Part shown: one piece after another, positions 48,572 to 57,829 of the stretch | Layout of the letters: each line of letters starts with the position of its first letter | Position numbering within the stretch: the first letter of the stretch is position 1 | Assembly: GCA_963702895.1 (NCBI GenBank) | Contig: OY969767.1 | Location: forward strand, 2,400,001 to 2,464,000 | DNA from: an uncultured Elusimicrobia bacterium | GTDB taxonomy: Bacteria > Elusimicrobiota > Elusimicrobia > 2-01-FULL-59-12 | Direction: 5' to 3' | DNA length: 64,000 nucleotides | The notes under the pieces: generated by a model | The model's input: only the letters and a program-made list of their open reading frames with translations | The model's database searches: none | Told to the model about the DNA's origin: nothing | Program-made: the position numbers and the translations under genes

Positions 48572-50464
48572 ATGGATAAGCCTCTTTCACCGCCGCGTTT
48601 TCGAATCATTCTGCCTTTACTCGTTGCCGTGTTGACGTTCGTGGCCTTTTCCCCAGCGCTCAAGAATGGCTTCCTGGCCTGGGATGACCTGGACAATTAC
48701 GTCAAGAATCCCCACTTTAGAGGTTTTGGCCTGGAGCACCTCCGGTGGATGTTCACCACCTACCACATGGGGCCGTACCAGCCTTTGAGTTGGCTCACGA
48801 GCGCCTTGGATTACAAAATATGGGCGTTGGACCCAAAGGGTTATCACCTCACGAACCTTCTGATTCAGAGTCTCAATGGTGTTGTGTTCTTTTATTTCGT
48901 ACGGCGGGTCCTTCTGTTCGCTTGGGATCGACCGGATACACAGAGGAATATTCTAGGGGCATCGTTTCTTGCCGCTTTGTTTTTTTCCATCCATCCTCTC
49001 CGTGTGGAGTCGGTGGTCTGGGCGACGGAACGCCGCGACGTTCTTTCAGGGCTCTTCTTTCTGTTGGCAGGCTGGGCGTATCTGAAGCGCTGGCCAACCC
49101 TGACCGGAGGGCCGGAAGAAACGCGGTGGTACCCATGGTCCCTGGTGCTCTTTCTTCTCGGTCTCTTATCCAAAGCAACCACGGTTGGGCTCCTCTGGGT
49201 CTTGATAGCGCTGGATGTTTTCCCTCTGCGCCGCCTGGCGACGGATCCCCGCCGGTGGTTCAGGCGGGAGAGCTGGCCGATTTGGCGCGAGAAGATTCCG
49301 TTCTTCGTCCTGGGAGCTGCCGCCGTGATCAACGGCGCCCTGGGCCTCACCCAAGCGATGAGTCCTTACAGTCTTACGGAGCGCCTGTCGTTCTTCTTCT
49401 ATGGGACCATCTTCTACCTTCAAAAAACGATTTGGCCTGGCGAGTTGTCGCCTCTGTATGAAGTGCCGTACGTCTTTCAAAGCATGGCAGGCTCGTTTGC
49501 TGCCTGCGCCATTCTTTCGCTTGTGCTGACGGCCATCTTCCTTGGCCTCTATCGCCGTTCTCCGGCCTTCCTCCTCGCCTGGGGATGCTACCTCCTCATC
49601 TTCGCGCCGGTCTCGGGGCTCGCCCAAAACGGCCCGCAGCTGGTCGCCGCGCGCTACAGCTATTTATCCTGCATTCCGTGGCCTTTTCTCCTGGCGGGAT
49701 TTCTCCTCAAGCGCCGTTCCGCGTGGCTGCCGATGGCCGCGCTCTTGGGGGTGCTGGGATGGCAGACATGGGCGCAAACTCACCATTGGCGGGATGATCT
49801 GTCCCTGTGGGGACATGCCCTGGAGATGGATCCCAAGAACAGCCGGGCCCATAACAATTACGGCGCGGCGCTGATGAAGAAGGGCCGCCTGGAAGAAGCC
49901 GCGGCCCACTATGAACAATCCCTGGAGCTGAACCCGACCCTGGCGGAAGCTTACCGGGACATGGGGCTTGTGCTCATGGAACAAAAGAAGCCGCAAGAGG
50001 CCCTCGCCTATTACAAGAATGCTGAAGCGCTTCGCGCTTCAGTTCCTGAGCTGGCCGTCAACATGGCAGCGGCTTACTACGCGCTTGGCAAGATCGATGA
50101 AGCGATTACGTACTACCAAAAAGCGCTTGATCTGCACACGCCCCATGAGGCGGAAGTGTTCAGCAACCTGGCCCTGTCTTATATGCTCAAGGGCAACACC
50201 GAAATGGCGATCGCCTATTATGAGAAAGCAAGAAACCTCAGGCCCGATCTTCCGCAGGTCCGGCTGAACCTCGCGACGGCCTACGCGAAGCTCGGCCGAC
50301 GGGAAGAAGCCATCAAGGAAGCGCAAGCGGCGCTGGATATAAAACCGGACTATGCCAAGGCCCACTATCTGTTGGGGAAGCTTTTGACTGAATCCGGGAG
50401 AGCTGAGGAAGGCGCGGAACATCTTCGTCAAGCCGAACGCTTGGGCCTTCCTACGAAGAAGTAA
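48572..50464 (+). CDS. TMTC-like membrane glycosyltransferase with C-terminal TPR repeats
   Basis: WDD, YQPL, YHLTN, HPLRVESVVWATERRD, LSK, ARYSY, TPR tail. Confidence 0.85.
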   Translation: MDKPLSPPRFRIILPLLVAVLTFVAFSPALKNGFLAWDDLDNYVKNPHFRGFGLEHLRWMFTTYHMGPYQPLSWLTSALDYKIWALDPKGYHLTNLLIQSLNGVVFFYFVRRVLLFAWDRPDTQRNILGASFLAALFFSIHPLRVESVVWATERRDVLSGLFFLLAGWAYLKRWPTLTGGPEETRWYPWSLVLFLLGLLSKATTVGLLWVLIALDVFPLRRLATDPRRWFRRESWPIWREKIPFFVLGAAAVINGALGLTQAMSPYSLTERLSFFFYGTIFYLQKTIWPGELSPLYEVPYVFQSMAGSFAACAILSLVLTAIFLGLYRRSPAFLLAWGCYLLIFAPVSGLAQNGPQLVAARYSYLSCIPWPFLLAGFLLKRRSAWLPMAALLGVLGWQTWAQTHHWRDDLSLWGHALEMDPKNSRAHNNYGAALMKKGRLEEAAAHYEQSLELNPTLAEAYRDMGLVLMEQKKPQEALAYYKNAEALRASVPELAVNMAAAYYALGKIDEAITYYQKALDLHTPHEAEVFSNLALSYMLKGNTEMAIAYYEKARNLRPDLPQVRLNLATAYAKLGRREEAIKEAQAALDIKPDYAKAHYLLGKLLTESGRAEEGAEHLRQAERLGLPTKK

Positions 50465-50465
50465 A

Positions 50466-50660
50466 CCCAAATGTTCGTCACCCCGGCGGATTGTTAGCCG
50501 GCCCTCCAGACGCCCGGCGGGCCGTCCGCCCTGCCGTGTGGCGGACGGAGTCTATCATCGACGAAAAAGACATGATGGATCCCGGCTTTCGCCGGGATGA
50601 CGGCATAGTAGAGTTTGCTTATTACGGACGATAACACCGTTTCATTCGACAATTTTCGGG
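50466..50660. mobile_element. Degenerate third MITE copy with cloverleaf palindrome and a nested hairpin insert
   Basis: Right end TTTTCGGG|TTAA; palindrome 50477-50601 with ~47 extra bp (about 50502-50548); left end degenerate. Confidence 0.55.
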
Positions 50661-50697
50661 TTAATACGTCTATTAGGTTAGAGAGGCAAAGGAACGA

Positions 50698-51744
50698 TCA
50701 AGAGGTTTTCGCGGCGGGCTCGTAAGCGCAATAGGGTTCTTCCGACTGGACGTTCCCCGTCGCGTAATACCCTCGGGCACGACACCCGCCACAGACATCC
50801 TTAAAGTCGCACACCCCGCAGCGACCTTCCAACAGGTCTGAGTTTCGCAGCGAACGAAAGAGCGTGGCGCTCTCCCAAATCTTCTGGAAGGGCTCTTGGC
50901 GAATGTTGCCAGCCGCCTGGGGCAAGTAGCCGCAAGGGAACACGTCACCCTTGTGCGAGATAAAGCACATGTGAATGCCGGCCAGGCACCCTTTGCGGTC
51001 GCTCGAGATGGGGTTGGCCTGTGGTGCTTCAAGACTTTCATGCTCTATACGGTAGATGTGCGGCGCGCAAATGGCTTTGAGCGGAAGGGACCCTGGCTTG
51101 TCGTGCTCGCAAACCCACTTGAGCCATTCTTCCACTTCGGAGCTGCTCAGCATCTGGGAGTCGGCGATCTGGACCCCGCAACCCACGGGCACAAGGAGAA
51201 AGAGGTAGAGCGCCGCTGCCTTGGACTCTTTGGCGAGCGCATAGACCTGCTCGATCTGGTCCTTGTTTTGACGCGTGACGGTGAAATTGATCTGGACCTT
51301 CAAGCCAGCCTCACGCAGAAGACTCATGCCCTGGAGTGTTTTTTCAAAAGTGCCGGGGCCTCTAAATTTGTCATGGGTCTCCGCTGTTGCACCATCCAGG
51401 GAAACCGAGGCGTAATAAATCCCGACTTGCCGAATCTTTTCAGCCATGGGCTTGTCGACAAGGGTTCCGTTCGTCGAAAGCGCTATGGGCAGGCCGCAAT
51501 TCTTGGCGTAGGCCGCGAGCTCAAATAAGTCCTTACGGTATAAGGGTTCTCCGCCAGAAAAGATGAGCACAGGCCTTCCCATGGACTGCAGGTCCTTGAT
51601 GAGTGCCATGCCCTCTTCCGTCGTGAGTTCGTCCTTGGCGGGCTGATCCAAAATATCCAAGCGACGGCAATGGATGCAACGCAAGTTGCAGCCTGCGGTC
51701 GTTTCCCAATACACCCTTCGTAAGTGAGGATTCCAAACGGTCAT
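50698..51744 (-). CDS. Radical SAM/SPASM protein, AhbD/NirJ-like
   Basis: WETTAGCNLRCIHCR, SGGEPL, GCLAG..GDVFPCGYL, CGVCDFKDVCGGCRAR. Confidence 0.85.
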   Translation of the reverse strand: MTVWNPHLRRVYWETTAGCNLRCIHCRRLDILDQPAKDELTTEEGMALIKDLQSMGRPVLIFSGGEPLYRKDLFELAAYAKNCGLPIALSTNGTLVDKPMAEKIRQVGIYYASVSLDGATAETHDKFRGPGTFEKTLQGMSLLREAGLKVQINFTVTRQNKDQIEQVYALAKESKAAALYLFLLVPVGCGVQIADSQMLSSSEVEEWLKWVCEHDKPGSLPLKAICAPHIYRIEHESLEAPQANPISSDRKGCLAGIHMCFISHKGDVFPCGYLPQAAGNIRQEPFQKIWESATLFRSLRNSDLLEGRCGVCDFKDVCGGCRARGYYATGNVQSEEPYCAYEPAAKTS

Positions 51745-51798
51745 TCGATTTACGCCTGCATTATACCAAGGCGGCTTCCAAGCCCTTAAGATTTCCGA

Positions 51799-53466
51799 TC
51801 AGAGCGCCCGAAGCGCCTCCAGAACCTGAGAGACGGTGAGAAACTCTGAAAGGAGGATGGGTTCTCCGCCGGGGCGGTACAAGGCGTAAAAAGGGATGCC
51901 GGCGCGGCCGTACTTCATCAGATAGCGGCCGATGGCAGGATCACGGTTAGTCCAGTCCGCTTTCATGAGGACCACGCGACGTTTCGCAAACTCTGACATG
52001 ACCCGCGCATCCGCCAGAACAAAGCGCTCGTTGTATTTGCAGGTCACACACCAGTCCGCTGTGACATCAACCAAGACAGGTCTTCCTTCGTTCAAATAGC
52101 GTGGAATGGCCGGTTCATCAAAGGCACCCCAAGTGGAACTGGCTTGGGCTTGCGCCGGGCGCTCCTTCTGCTGTTGATAGAGGACCCAGCCCAGCCAGGC
52201 CGCTGTGGCAAAAAGCAAGATGGCGAACCCTTTCTTGAGCGTGACCATCCAGGCCCCTGGCTTAGGGAGCCAACGGATGCTCTGGGGAAAGGCGGCAAGC
52301 GCGAGATACGGAAGTGCCATTCCCACCCCGACCGCCGTGAAGGTCATCAAGATGACGGAAGACGGCTGGGAAAGCGCGAAGCCCATAGCCGTTCCCAGGT
52401 AGGGAGCTGAGCAGGGTGTGGCGAGGAGCGTTGCCAAGAGTCCCGAAACAAAATGAGCGGGAAGCGTCTCGTGATAGCCATAGGACGTCGCGAAATGACC
52501 GAGGAAACGTGGCATTTGAATTTCAAAGACCCCCCACAGGTTCAACGCAAAAAAGAGAACGACCGCCATGAGAAAGGCGACAAAGACGGGGTTCTGGAAC
52601 TGGATTCCCCACCCAATCGCGTGTCCCGCCCGGCGGGCGAGGATCGCGACAAGGGCCAGGACCTCAAAGGAAACCAGGATCCCGGCAAAAGACGCCAGGG
52701 AACTTTTCACCACATCAGAGGAAGATTGCCCGGAGTGTTGGAGAAGTCCCGCGAGCTTGATGGAGAGCACGGGCAGCACGCAAGGCATCACATTGAGAAG
52801 CACGCCCCCCAAAAAAGCGAGGAGCAAGATGACGAGGAGCGATCCTTTCCTGTCCGTCCCTGGCTCCATGCCGACCCCTGGAAACTTCTCGAGGGTTGGC
52901 GCCCGCTTCATGATTTCCTCATCCGTCATGCTGCCGGCGGGGACTTTCCTGAGCGCTTCCTGGATCAGACGATCTGCTTCGGCGTCCGGGTGGGCGACGG
53001 GTCCCGCGGGCAAATCAAGGGTGAAGGTGTAGTCGTAGGCCACGCAAGAGGTATAACAGGTGAGATAGGACAGGTCCACGACGATGCGGACGCTGCCGCC
53101 AGTCAGTTTGGCCTTGATGGGATAGACCGTCTCGCCGTCGTAGCCAAATTCTTCGATGGGGCCTGGGAGGAGGATGCGCGTCGGGGCGGGCCAAAGAAGC
53201 CGGGCGTCGCGAAAGCCTCGGGACTCTTTCCACCGGAGGCGGGGAGGGTAACCGCTTTCTCCCGGCACCTTCCAGTAGAGATACCAGTCCGGGGCCGGCT
53301 TGAAATGCAGCCCCAGGAGGATCTCCCCAGAAGCCGGCACGGTATTCCAAGCGGAGACGAGCCTGACCGCTCCATGAGGATTGGATTGCCACTTTGTGGA
53401 AACAGCCTCGACGGTCCGAATGGCGGAGAGGGAGCACAGAAGAGCGAAGACGTAGCGTTTCGTCAC
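51799..53466 (-). CDS. DsbD/ScsB-type thiol:disulfide interchange protein
   Basis: YWKVPGESG, NVMPCVLP, ATPCSAP, TADWCVTC. Confidence 0.9.
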   Translation of the reverse strand: MTKRYVFALLCSLSAIRTVEAVSTKWQSNPHGAVRLVSAWNTVPASGEILLGLHFKPAPDWYLYWKVPGESGYPPRLRWKESRGFRDARLLWPAPTRILLPGPIEEFGYDGETVYPIKAKLTGGSVRIVVDLSYLTCYTSCVAYDYTFTLDLPAGPVAHPDAEADRLIQEALRKVPAGSMTDEEIMKRAPTLEKFPGVGMEPGTDRKGSLLVILLLAFLGGVLLNVMPCVLPVLSIKLAGLLQHSGQSSSDVVKSSLASFAGILVSFEVLALVAILARRAGHAIGWGIQFQNPVFVAFLMAVVLFFALNLWGVFEIQMPRFLGHFATSYGYHETLPAHFVSGLLATLLATPCSAPYLGTAMGFALSQPSSVILMTFTAVGVGMALPYLALAAFPQSIRWLPKPGAWMVTLKKGFAILLFATAAWLGWVLYQQQKERPAQAQASSTWGAFDEPAIPRYLNEGRPVLVDVTADWCVTCKYNERFVLADARVMSEFAKRRVVLMKADWTNRDPAIGRYLMKYGRAGIPFYALYRPGGEPILLSEFLTVSQVLEALRAL

Positions 53467-53810
53467 TGAAACAGGTGGTCTAATTTCTCTGGGGGGCGGG
53501 CGATGACGGCCCGATCCCCCAACACCACGACGGGGCGCTCGATCAGGATTGGGTTTTCATGGAGAACTTTGATCCACTCGGCACGTGAAAGGTCTTTATC
53601 CGCGAATTTCTCTTGGTAGAGCGGCTCTTTCTTCCTCAGAAGCATCTGAGGCTCAAGCTTGAGTTTCTTCAAGAGCGCGTCGAGTTCAGCAAGAGAAGGC
53701 GGCGTTTTGAGGTACTCAATGGCTGTGATGTCGGCGCCCTTCTTCTTGAGCGCCTTCATCACTTTCTGGCAGGTGCCGCATGTCGGCTTATGGTAGAGCG
53801 TGATTTTCAT
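53463..53810 (-). CDS. ArsC/Spx family protein
   Basis: YHKPTCGTC, EYLKTPP, PILIERP, ARP. Confidence 0.88.
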   Translation of the reverse strand: MKITLYHKPTCGTCQKVMKALKKKGADITAIEYLKTPPSLAELDALLKKLKLEPQMLLRKKEPLYQEKFADKDLSRAEWIKVLHENPILIERPVVVLGDRAVIARPPEKLDHLFQ

Positions 53811-53849
53811 GGGTCTTATTGTGACAAATTTTATTGTAGGATCAACTCT

Positions 53850-54029
53850 GTGATTCATCGAATTCTGGCAACGACGGCGGTCTGGAGTATCGCCTCGGTT
53901 GTGACGATGCGGCTGCGCCACCCGATGGTGGGGCTCACGCTGGGAGCGCTGGCTGCTTATCTAACCTTCCTCATCTGGACCCCGCGGCATCCGAAATTAC
54001 CCTACGACTCCAATGGAGGATCAAACTAA
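53850..54029 (+). CDS. Small membrane protein, about 59 aa
   Basis: GTG start, two hydrophobic stretches, stop overlaps the next ATG. Confidence 0.45.
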   Translation: MIHRILATTAVWSIASVVTMRLRHPMVGLTLGALAAYLTFLIWTPRHPKLPYDSNGGSN

Positions 54030-54946
54030 TGTGGTTTACGCTGGCTGTCATTTTCGTTGTCATCATGATGGCGCTCGGATACAAGACTTGGTTTTCTCCA
54101 CGAGAACAACTCTTTCACACGGATGTTTTCATTCGCAGCCTCGCCAAATACTTCGCCATCGGGCTTTCGGTGGCTCTCTTGGCGACCTTCATCACAGATT
54201 CTGTTGTGATCGTCCCAGCCGGCAATCGAGGGGTGGTCTTTGACCGATTTAAAGGGGTGCGGCCCGTTTCGCTCAATGAAGGCCTCAATATGATCCTGCC
54301 TATTGTTCAAGATGCGACGCTTTTTGAGGTGCGTGTCCAAAAGGTGGAGTTTGACGCAACAGCCGCCTCCAAAGACCTCCAAAGCGTGCGCACCAAAATC
54401 GCGCTCAACTTCCACCCGATCCCGGAGCAGGTCCCGGAAATCTATCGTGCCTACGGGCTTGGCTACACAGAAAAGATTGTGCATCCCGCTGTTCAGGAAG
54501 CCGTGAAATCCGTCACCGCCCGCTACACCGCCGAGGAACTGATCACGCGGCGCGAAGAGGTCAAGGGCCATATTCACGACCAGCTGGTCAGGCATGTGGG
54601 GGCGGCGAACTTAAAACTCGTGGAAACCTACATTACGGATTTTGAATTCTCATCGGAATTCGCGCACGCGATTGAGGCCAAGCAAGTGGCCGAGCAGCAG
54701 GCCTTCAAGGCCAGGCGCGACTTAGACAGAATTAAGATTGAGGCGGAGCAGCGTATCGCCCAAGCACGCGCTGAGGCGGAGGGTCTCAAGATGCAACGGG
54801 AAGCGATCACCCCGCAGCTGATTGAACTTCGGAAAATCGACGCCCAGAAACTCGCCATTGAGAAGTGGGATGGCCGCATGCCCCAAGTCATCATGGGACA
54901 GGGTTCTACCCCCTTCATCGACGTTAATCGTTTTATCCAAAAATAG
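54029..54946 (+). CDS. Prohibitin/SPFH family protein
   Basis: VPAGNRGVVF, ASKDLQ, YTAEELITRR, AIEAKQVAEQ. Confidence 0.92.
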   Translation: MWFTLAVIFVVIMMALGYKTWFSPREQLFHTDVFIRSLAKYFAIGLSVALLATFITDSVVIVPAGNRGVVFDRFKGVRPVSLNEGLNMILPIVQDATLFEVRVQKVEFDATAASKDLQSVRTKIALNFHPIPEQVPEIYRAYGLGYTEKIVHPAVQEAVKSVTARYTAEELITRREEVKGHIHDQLVRHVGAANLKLVETYITDFEFSSEFAHAIEAKQVAEQQAFKARRDLDRIKIEAEQRIAQARAEAEGLKMQREAITPQLIELRKIDAQKLAIEKWDGRMPQVIMGQGSTPFIDVNRFIQK

Positions 54947-54986
54947 CGAAAACTTCGTTCACGAAACGGCCGTGGAAGGCGCTGAG

Positions 54987-55472
54987 CTCCCGGACCTGGG
55001 CGCCGCACGACCGGCGCTCGCCCGACTATAGTGTGTCGGGTGAACCTAGACGAAGTGCAAAACTCCCGGACTAGGATTCGAGCGCCACACTTCGGGCGCT
55101 CGCCCGACTGTTGTGTGTCGGGTGAACCTAGACGAAGTGCAAAACTCCCGGACTAGGATTCGAGCGCCACACTTCGGGCGCTCGCCCGACTGTTGTGTGT
55201 CGGGTGAACCTAGACGAAGTGCAAAACTCCCGGACTAGGATTCGAGCGCCACACTTCGGGCGCTCGCCCGACTGTTGTGTGTCGGGCGAACCTAGACGAA
55301 GTGCAAAACTCCCGGACTAGGATTCGAGCGCCACACTTCGGGCGCTCGCCCGACTGTTGTGTGTCGGGCGAACCTAGACGAAGTGCAAAACTCCCGGACT
55401 AGGATTCGAGCGCCACACTTCGGGCGCTCGCCCGACTGTTGTGTGTCGGGCGAACCTAGACGAAGTGCAAAA
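54987..55472 (-). repeat. 82-bp tandem array of tRNA-Gln 3'-end-derived units (5 full, 1 degenerate)
   Basis: gaagtgcaaaactcccgg recurs at 55052, 55134, 55216, 55298, 55380 and 55462; the last copy runs into the tRNA. Confidence 0.97.
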
Positions 55473-55543
55473 CTCCCGGACTAGGATTCGAACCTAGACT
55501 AAGGGATTCAGAGTCCCTCGTGCTACCGTTACACAATCCGGGA
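55473..55543 (-). tRNA. tRNA-Gln (CTG)
   Basis: TCCCGGA acceptor, AGGGA-CTCTGAA-TCCCT anticodon arm, CTAGG-TTCGAAT-CCTAG T arm; U1-A72; CCA not encoded. Confidence 0.97.
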
Positions 55544-55727
55544 GTTTTGCACTCCATATGCCAGAGTCCCTCGTGCTACCTAACCTTTATCCTTCGACTC
55601 CGCACGCCCTGAGCGCAATCGAAGGACTCGTTCCGCTTAGGATGGTTCGGCTCGTATCACTGATGGTGAGCGAGGTCGCCAAACATCTGGCGACCGAGTC
55701 GAACCAGACCCTCCGAAAGCATGACTC

Positions 55728-56144
55728 TTATGGTTTGATGATTTCCGGTCCTTTGCTCACGCCGGGCGGGATGATTATATCAGGGCCTTTTTTCTCCGTC
55801 GCCTTTTCGGCGGACGCCTCGGACTTGCGGACTTCGTCAGCAAAGTTGAGCTCCAGGTCGGACACCAGGTTGTCGAGCATCTCCTGTTCTTTGACGCTCA
55901 AGTTTCCTTCCGTCTTTTCCTGAAGCATGCGCAAGAACTCAATCGAGATGCGGGCCTGATCGATGTCCTTTTCGATCTTCTGGGTCACCGGATGGGGCAC
56001 TTTCCCCAGCTGCGCCCAGGCGGCAGACCCCAAGGACATCACCAGCGTCAAAAACCGGTAATCGTCCACAACGCTATCAGGCGGACGAGCGCCTGTTGTG
56101 TGGCGCTCGGCTTCTCCTGGCATTTCAATTTTTTCTTCTGACAC
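55728..56144 (-). CDS. DUF1844 family protein
   Basis: LGKVPHP...ARISIEFLRMLQEKTEGNL...L.LNF; GTG after AGGAGG. Confidence 0.85.
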   Translation of the reverse strand: MSEEKIEMPGEAERHTTGARPPDSVVDDYRFLTLVMSLGSAAWAQLGKVPHPVTQKIEKDIDQARISIEFLRMLQEKTEGNLSVKEQEMLDNLVSDLELNFADEVRKSEASAEKATEKKGPDIIIPPGVSKGPEIIKP

Positions 56145-56160
56145 AACCACCCTCCTTGCC

Positions 56161-56244
56161 GTCACCCCAGCGGATTGTGAGCCGGGGTCCATCGTTATTG
56201 GCGTAGGCATGATGGATCCCCCACTTACAGCCGTGGGGGATGAC
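56161..56244. repeat. Cloverleaf palindromic repeat (GTCAYCCC family)
   Basis: gtcaccccagc..gccggggtccatc..gatggatcccc..gggggatgac. Confidence 0.85.
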
Positions 56245-56246
56245 AC

Positions 56247-57731
56247 CTAGATTACTTTTGCCTGCAAAAGTTGTTGGGCCTTCTTAATACGCTCGAGCGT
56301 GCGTTTCTTTCCTAAAAATTCCACCATGTGCCAAAGGCTTGGCCCTTCCGTCCGCCCGGACACGCAAACGCGCAAGGGATGAAACACGGCACCGTTCTTG
56401 ACCCCTTTATCTTTGGCCAAGGTCTTGCATAGGTTCTCAATGCCCGGCACGTCAAAGGGCTCAAGCGCCGCCAGGCGCTTGACAAGTTCTTCGATGATCC
56501 CCGCAGCACCCTCGGCGCGAAGCACTTTGCCCACCGCCTCCTCTCGATACTCGTAATCATCCCAGAGAAGAAAATCCGTGAGCTTCGGAACATCCGAGAG
56601 CAGCTTGACTTTTTCGAGCTCGAGGGCGACCGCTGCCTCATAAGTGGACGCAGGCACAGCGGATATGTCTTTGCCCTTGTAGAAGGGTTCCGCCAGGGCA
56701 GCCAGTTCCCGAGCGGACGTTTTGCGGATGTATTCGCCGTTCATCCACAAAAGCTTCGTGGGATCAAAGGTCGCGGCGCTTTTGCCGCAGCGTTCAATCT
56801 GAAATTTTTCCACCATCTCTTGCTGCGTGAACAGCTGCTGGCTGTCTTCGGTCCCCCAGCCAAGAAGAGCGAGATAATTCAGCAGCGCGTTCGGGAGATA
56901 CCCCGCGTCCCGGTACTCCGTGACAGAGGTCGCGCCATGCCGCTTGGAGAGCCGGGCGCCATCGGAACCCAGGATCATCGCCAGATGCGCAAATTGTGGC
57001 ACCTGCCAGCCCAGCGCCTCGTAAACGAGCATCTGCCGCGGCGTGTTGGAGAGGTGGTCATCGCCGCGGATCACATGGCTGATCTTCATGAGATGGTCGT
57101 CCACCACGCAAGCGAAGTTGTAGGTCGGCACCCCCGTCGACTTGAGGACCACGAAATCTTCCATGAGAGCATTCTCAAAAACTTTGACGCCATGGATGAG
57201 ATCCGTAAAGCGCGTCTCGCCCACATGCGGGGTCTTAAAACGGATGGATTTCTTCCGCCCCTGGGCTTCCTTGGCTTTTCGCTCATCAGCGCTCAGGTTG
57301 CGGCACCTGCCGTCATACTTGGGAGGCCTTTTGGCAAGGAGCGCGAGCTCCCGCATTTTCTCCACTTCTTCTGGAGTGCAGTAACAGGGATAGGCAAACC
57401 CCTTCTTCAGCAGCTCGTCGCACGCGGCCCAATAGCCTGCCAGGCGTTGCATCTGATAGTAGGGACCATAGTCGCCCTTCACTCCTCTGCCATCGGCGGT
57501 TGGCCCTTCGTCCCAATCGAGGCCCAGCCACTTCATGGACTCGAGGATCCCGTTGACAGACTCATCTGTGGAGCGCACTTCATCGGTATCTTCAATCCGA
57601 AGAATGAACGTCCCCTGATGGTGACGGGCAAAGAGCCAGTTAAACAGGGCTGTACGCGCCCCGCCGATATGGAGGAAACCCGTGGGCGAAGGCGCAAACC
57701 GGACGCGGATAGACGGTTTATCCATAGACAT
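56247..57731 (-). CDS. gltX: Glutamate--tRNA ligase
   Basis: RFAPSPTGFLHIGG, RIEDTD, HVIRGDDH, LSKR. Confidence 0.97.
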   Translation of the reverse strand: MSMDKPSIRVRFAPSPTGFLHIGGARTALFNWLFARHHQGTFILRIEDTDEVRSTDESVNGILESMKWLGLDWDEGPTADGRGVKGDYGPYYQMQRLAGYWAACDELLKKGFAYPCYCTPEEVEKMRELALLAKRPPKYDGRCRNLSADERKAKEAQGRKKSIRFKTPHVGETRFTDLIHGVKVFENALMEDFVVLKSTGVPTYNFACVVDDHLMKISHVIRGDDHLSNTPRQMLVYEALGWQVPQFAHLAMILGSDGARLSKRHGATSVTEYRDAGYLPNALLNYLALLGWGTEDSQQLFTQQEMVEKFQIERCGKSAATFDPTKLLWMNGEYIRKTSARELAALAEPFYKGKDISAVPASTYEAAVALELEKVKLLSDVPKLTDFLLWDDYEYREEAVGKVLRAEGAAGIIEELVKRLAALEPFDVPGIENLCKTLAKDKGVKNGAVFHPLRVCVSGRTEGPSLWHMVEFLGKKRTLERIKKAQQLLQAKVI

Positions 57732-57829
57732 AGGCGCTATTTTAACACACCCGCTAACTCGCCGGCGAAAGCGCGTTAGCTTGAACCTCTCTGACGCTTA
57801 ACATACGATATCGCATCCTGAGGAGCATC

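Noticed and set aside
54987..55472. CRISPR array
   Set aside because: Units are near-identical end to end with no unique spacers, they derive from the adjacent tRNA, and there are no cas genes in the window.
54987..55580. Prophage or genomic-island att site at tRNA-Gln
   Set aside because: The tRNA fragments are adjacent to the gene, with no integrase or cargo between them; at most a scar.
56145..56246. N-terminal extension of the DUF1844 ORF
   Set aside because: It is read-through of the palindromic repeat; a GTG with AGGAGG at 56144 is the better start.
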